DNA of 20,000 nucleotides from Planctomycetota bacterium (GTDB lineage: Bacteria; Planctomycetota; Planctomycetia; JALXBF01). The translations under genes were made by a program, and so were the position numbers. Numbering within the stretch: position 1 is the stretch's first letter; every line of letters begins with the position of its first letter. Of this stretch, positions 15,936 to 20,000 are shown piece by piece. The stretch lies in contig JALXBF010000027.1 of the NCBI GenBank assembly GCA_026991575.1, positions 59,759 through 79,758 on the forward strand, written 5' to 3'. The notes below the pieces were generated by a model. It did not search any database and had not been told where the DNA came from. It saw only the letters and a list, made by a program, of their open reading frames with translations.

Positions 15936-16913
15936 CTACGAACGCACGGCCTCCTCGCTCGCGGTCTGGCTGCGGCGCCGCCGTACGGTGGCCTTCGCAT
16001 GTGGATCGGGCTTTTGTTCAGGCGCGTTGCGACTGTCTGCTACGAGCTCAGCCATCCGGCGTCTGTGGTCGAGCCACAGCTTGACCAGGCCGTAGCACAG
16101 GAGGCAGGCACCGAGGACGGGCACGGCGATGTGCCAGGGAATGCTGCGGGTCGTTTCCGTCAGCACCGTGCCGGTTGTAGTTCCGACCGTTTCGATTCCT
16201 TTCTCCACGGGCCGCAAGATCAGCTCCTTGGCTGTGTTAATGTAAAGTTCCGGGTTCCTCAAGAACGCCACAAGCGTGGCCGTGACGGCCAGGGCTCCTT
16301 TGTGTCGCCAGATGAAGTCCATCGCCCGGTCACCGTACTTGGCCAGGATCTCCAGAAGCTGCTTCGCCTGCTGCTGCGTCTTCGGGATCTTGTCCCAGTG
16401 CCCCGTTCGATGCATGATCGCCCAGCGGCGAGCTTGTTTCGGAGACAGCGACGCCAGCACCCGCACGCCGTCGTCACCGTAGCGGGTCACCAGCGGAGTC
16501 ACCACGGCTCGGCCGTGTTTCAGGTAGAGGTCTGCAAGCTCGTCCCCGTGATGGGCGATGAGCTTGAGGGCACGGGTGTCCCGGGCGATACCCATTGCGC
16601 GCTTTCCATAGCGACCCAGTATCCGGGCCCGGGTCGGAGCGTGCGGGCCACCTTTTTCGAGCACTTCCAACGCCTCGATCCCGCCTTTCCGGATCGCGTC
16701 AGCGGCGTCCTCACCGTGGCGTGTCAGCACCCGTTGGATTCGGTGGGCCAGATCGTCCACCGTCTTACGTCCCACCTTGCTGGTAACTCTGATTAGCTGT
16801 TCAGCAAGCTCGCGTGCCAGTGTTCCTACGCCCGCAGACGCGGTCCCCGGCACGCCGGTTAGCAACACGGCAGCGACTGCAAACGCCGACAGGACAGCTG
16901 GTACCCTGATCAC
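15936..16913 (-). CDS. Hypothetical signal-peptide membrane protein with short helical [RKH]-[HY]-G repeats and C-terminal TM helix
   Basis: GTG start with GGAGG RBS, 1 nt after the upstream stop. Signal peptide ending TASA. Repeats RHGED, RYGKR, HHGDE, KHGRA, RYGDD, KYGDR. Hydrophobic ALAVTATLVAFL and IAVPVLGACLLCYGLVKLWL. Confidence 0.8.
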   Translation of the reverse strand: MIRVPAVLSAFAVAAVLLTGVPGTASAGVGTLARELAEQLIRVTSKVGRKTVDDLAHRIQRVLTRHGEDAADAIRKGGIEALEVLEKGGPHAPTRARILGRYGKRAMGIARDTRALKLIAHHGDELADLYLKHGRAVVTPLVTRYGDDGVRVLASLSPKQARRWAIMHRTGHWDKIPKTQQQAKQLLEILAKYGDRAMDFIWRHKGALAVTATLVAFLRNPELYINTAKELILRPVEKGIETVGTTTGTVLTETTRSIPWHIAVPVLGACLLCYGLVKLWLDHRRRMAELVADSRNAPEQKPDPHAKATVRRRRSQTASEEAVRS

Positions 16914-16914
16914 G

Positions 16915-17904
16915 TCAGCGCACCTCCACTTTCATCTGCCGCAGTGCCTCGTAAACCACAGCCCGACGGACCTCCGACCGTTCTTGCGCGATCTTCTCGA
17001 GCAGCTGCACCAGTCCCGGCCGCCCGTCATGTCCGGCCAGGATGCCCTGCTCCATCTCGTTAAGCATGTCGCGCAGCTGGCGACTCAACTTACCCGCCGG
17101 ATCCCACAGCCAGTGCAGGATCCAGTCCACCGCAATCCCGATGAGTATGGACACACCGAAGGTGGCTAACGCCCCGCCGCCCGTTACAGCCACGATCCCA
17201 AACCTCGCAGCCACCCGTGCCGCAGCAACAAGAACCGCCTTCTCGATCACCTCGGTGACCAGCAGGACGACCAATTCCCGCTTTAGCGTCTCCAGCGGCA
17301 CGGCTCCGACGCGTTCCAGGGCGTCGGAATACTGCATCCGCAGATCATGCTTGATCTGCTGCAGGATCCCTTCCGCCTCAGCAAGCGAAAGCTCCCTTCC
17401 TTCCACCTCGACGTCCGCCGCAAGTTGCACGAGGAGTTCCGCCTCCGCGTCTACCTGCGCCTGGGCGAACCGTTGCACTGCGCCCGTCAGTACCGCTTCC
17501 AGTTCGGCGCTGGACAGCACGCGCTGTTCGAACATCCGGGCGATGTCCTCCTTGCCGTACCACAGGTAGCGGAACATCGTCCACAGCCCCACCGCGTCGT
17601 CAGCGAACGCCGGGACATTGTCCCGGGCTCGGGCGAAAAGTCGGCGAACGTCTTGCTCGGCTGCTCGGATTGCTGCCCGGACCGTCCGGTCACATTCGGC
17701 CAGTCGCTGTTCGATGGTCTCGCGCCGGATGGTCACCGTAGGTGCCGGCGCTTCAGCAGGCTCGGCCACGTCGGGTGGTGCGGCGGGCGTCTGCGCGGTG
17801 CTACGGCTCGTTTCATGCTGGAAGAACCACACTGCCCAGCCCGCGACGAGCAACGCACCTAGTGCCACAGCCAGGGCTTGTGGGGACAACAATCTTCGCC
17901 TCAT
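16915..17904 (-). CDS. Hypothetical membrane protein: N-terminal TM anchor, helical body, Gly/Ala-rich hydrophobic hairpin
   Basis: ATG 17904 (MRRRLLSPQALAVALGALLVAGWAVWFF) with GGGGGTGA RBS. Hairpin FGIVAVTGGGALATFGVSILIGIAVDWILHWLW is flanked by amphipathic helices. Confidence 0.8.
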   Translation of the reverse strand: MRRRLLSPQALAVALGALLVAGWAVWFFQHETSRSTAQTPAAPPDVAEPAEAPAPTVTIRRETIEQRLAECDRTVRAAIRAAEQDVRRLFARARDNVPAFADDAVGLWTMFRYLWYGKEDIARMFEQRVLSSAELEAVLTGAVQRFAQAQVDAEAELLVQLAADVEVEGRELSLAEAEGILQQIKHDLRMQYSDALERVGAVPLETLKRELVVLLVTEVIEKAVLVAAARVAARFGIVAVTGGGALATFGVSILIGIAVDWILHWLWDPAGKLSRQLRDMLNEMEQGILAGHDGRPGLVQLLEKIAQERSEVRRAVVYEALRQMKVEVR

Positions 17905-18688
17905 GGGCAAGTCACCCCCAGTTGGCTTCTCTGCAGGTGTGTTCTTCGCATTGCCCACCAATCCATCTACTGACTTTCGCACCAATCTCTGACAGCAGCA
18001 TGGACTGGACGTCACGGTTGGTCGACAAGGGCAGCAGTTTGTGCCCGGGGCCCCCAGGATGCTGGTCGAAGTTCATCAATGGCAACGGCCGCAATCGACA
18101 CCAATCCGTGTTCGGCAAAGAGAACGGGACGATCAACGGAAACGATTGGAAGGCACGGGCCGGTGTATTGGGCAAACTTCGGCATGCGCCCAATCAGACT
18201 CGCAGCCTGAACCGGCCCTGCCGCAAACGGGAGAACGCTTCCAAAGACAAGCGTTAATGAGAAGTCAAATCTTCAAGAAAGGAAGAGCCACAACGAACTT
18301 TGACTGGGCGACCGTGCCCGGTCGGCAACAGCTCCAGCGTGTCTGAGTGTCTCGACGCGGTCCATCCAGCACCATTCTACCTAGGCCTCATCACCGGCGG
18401 CAAGAGCGAGGCAGGCAGGCTTGAAGCAGTGGTCACGACGACCCGTTGGTACTGGAGTTCTTGGCTGGCTGGCCGGCTAGGGGGGCCTCCCTTGTCGCGC
18501 GGCAGCTGGAGGAGCTGTACGGGGTGCGAGCCGGAGTGGCCGAACCGGACGCGGAACTAGACGGCGGCACAGGAGCGGGCTGCGGCCATTGAACCGCGGT
18601 GGGTCGGGTCCTGGGGACATGCTGCTGTCCGAGTTACAATGGCAGGTGTGCGCGGATCGCCTTGTCTCCCTGCGGAAGGACTGAGTAT

Positions 18689-20000
18689 ATGAGCGGCCAA
18701 CGCCAAGATTGCGATAGTTCTGGTCGGCTGACTCGGCGTGGGTTCCTTCGTGTCGGCAGTCTCGGTGCCCTGGCCCTCGGACTGCAGCCGAGCGGTGAGC
18801 CAATGGATGCTGTCGGTGATCACGCAGGTGGGCCAGCTCCGGCCGGCCGAGCCAAGGCGTGCCTTTTCGTGGTGCTGACTGGGGGTCCCAGCCAGCTGGA
18901 AACCTTTGACCCGCGTCCGGACGCGCCCGCGGAGGTACGTGGTCCGTTCGACGCGGTGCGGACCACCGTTCCGGGACTGTGGTTCTCCGAGTGCCTCCCG
19001 AGGCTCGCCCGGCTTGCTCATCGGCTGACACTCATCCGCACCGTTCACCATGATCAGCTCAGCACGCACGAGGCGGGCCTGCAGTTATTGCTCAGTGGCG
19101 GTTTGCACCGCGCCGGCATCCAGCGCCCGGGCCTCGGCGCGATGTTCTGCTATCTGGACCTTTGTCGCCGTCACCTGCTGCGTCCCTGGTTCGTGTTGCC
19201 CCGCCCGCTGGGCAATCTGGGGCTGTCGGTCCGCAAGGGGCAGGATGCCGGTGCCCTGGGCCCGCTGTTTGAGCCGTTTACCGCGGAGTCAGCCCCGAGG
19301 CCCGTCGATGCAGAGCCAGCCCGAATCGGCATCGACGAAGTTGACCGTCTGGTGACTACACTCGACGTGGCTGACTATGTGGCCTCGGTGCACAGTCTGA
19401 TCCGATCCGCCCAGCAGATTGAGGACGAGCCAGAGTCGGTACGGGAACGATACGGGCCCGGTGGCTTTGCCCGCAACTTGCTCACCGCGCGCCGCCTGGT
19501 CGAGCGGGGCGCATCTTTCGTGGTGGTGAACATGTTCACGGAGCTGTTCGGGACGACCAGCTGGGATTGCCACGCCAACACGGTCAACCTGACCACCACG
19601 TTAGAGGATTACCGCAAGACGGTCTGCCCCACGTTCGACCGCGCCTTCTCAGCCCTGATCGAGGACCTGGACCAGCGGGGCCTGCTGTCGGAGACATTGG
19701 TTATCGCCGCCGGCGAGATGGGGCGAAGCTATGTGCAGAACCGCCGTGGCGGTCGGGACCACTGGACTCGTGCCTGGACCGTGCTTCTGGCCGGCGCCGG
19801 TTTGCCGGAAGGGGCCCTCATCGGGCAGACGGACCAGTACGCGGCTGAACCCGTCGAACGTCCCGTTCACGCAGCCGACATCGCCGCCACGGTGTGCCGC
19901 TTGCTGGGATACGCCCCGGCCACCTCCGTGACCTTGCCCCAGGGCCGCTTTATACCATTGGCTGAAGGGCAACCGATCGCCGAGCTGGTTGATATGCCGA
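18689..20000 (+). CDS. DUF1501 domain protein with Tat signal (runs off the window end)
   Basis: My translation from ATG 18689: MSGQRQDCDSSGRLTRRGFLRVGSLGALAL...LTGGPSQLETFDPRPDAPAEVRGPF...WDCH...GEMGR...GRDHW...PIAEL. The frame is consistent to the window end; it is absent from the ORF track, consistent with no stop codon in the window. The family is abundant in Planctomycetes. Confidence 0.9.
   Translation, partial: MSGQRQDCDSSGRLTRRGFLRVGSLGALALGLQPSGEPMDAVGDHAGGPAPAGRAKACLFVVLTGGPSQLETFDPRPDAPAEVRGPFDAVRTTVPGLWFSECLPRLARLAHRLTLIRTVHHDQLSTHEAGLQLLLSGGLHRAGIQRPGLGAMFCYLDLCRRHLLRPWFVLPRPLGNLGLSVRKGQDAGALGPLFEPFTAESAPRPVDAEPARIGIDEVDRLVTTLDVADYVASVHSLIRSAQQIEDEPESVRERYGPGGFARNLLTARRLVERGASFVVVNMFTELFGTTSWDCHANTVNLTTTLEDYRKTVCPTFDRAFSALIEDLDQRGLLSETLVIAAGEMGRSYVQNRRGGRDHWTRAWTVLLAGAGLPEGALIGQTDQYAAEPVERPVHAADIAATVCRLLGYAPATSVTLPQGRFIPLAEGQPIAELVDMP

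Noticed and set aside
18075..18143. Mini CRISPR array
   Set aside because: Only a 12-nt imperfect match with a 57-nt period; flanking bases do not align.

Overview
GC-rich window, probably from a Planctomycete (inferred from a Tat-signal DUF1501 gene at the right end). Left to right: (1) a decayed, frameshifted IS66-family (ISBst12-like) transposase remnant with one terminal repeat; (2) a + strand three-gene operon behind a near-consensus sigma70 promoter, encoding two paralogous exported or membrane-anchored TPR/coiled-coil proteins that share a conserved C-terminal 'DRNWT...PVxLExF' domain, then a signal-peptide protein fusing a PD-(D/E)xK nuclease-like domain to a multi-TM glycine-zipper region; (3) a convergent, complete type III-D CRISPR effector operon with the III-Dv fusion architecture (HD-less GGDD Cas10, Cas7-Cas5-Cas11, Cas7-Cas7, Csx19, Cas7-insertion), with no array, cas6, cas1/2 or CARF/SAVED effector in the window; (4) two further unknown membrane proteins co-oriented upstream of cas10; (5) a divergent DUF1501 gene running off the end. 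The best candidate for a new system is the set of five uncharacterised envelope proteins bracketing a signalling-competent type III-D module that has no recognisable effector. All family calls come from motif recognition by eye; no database search was run.
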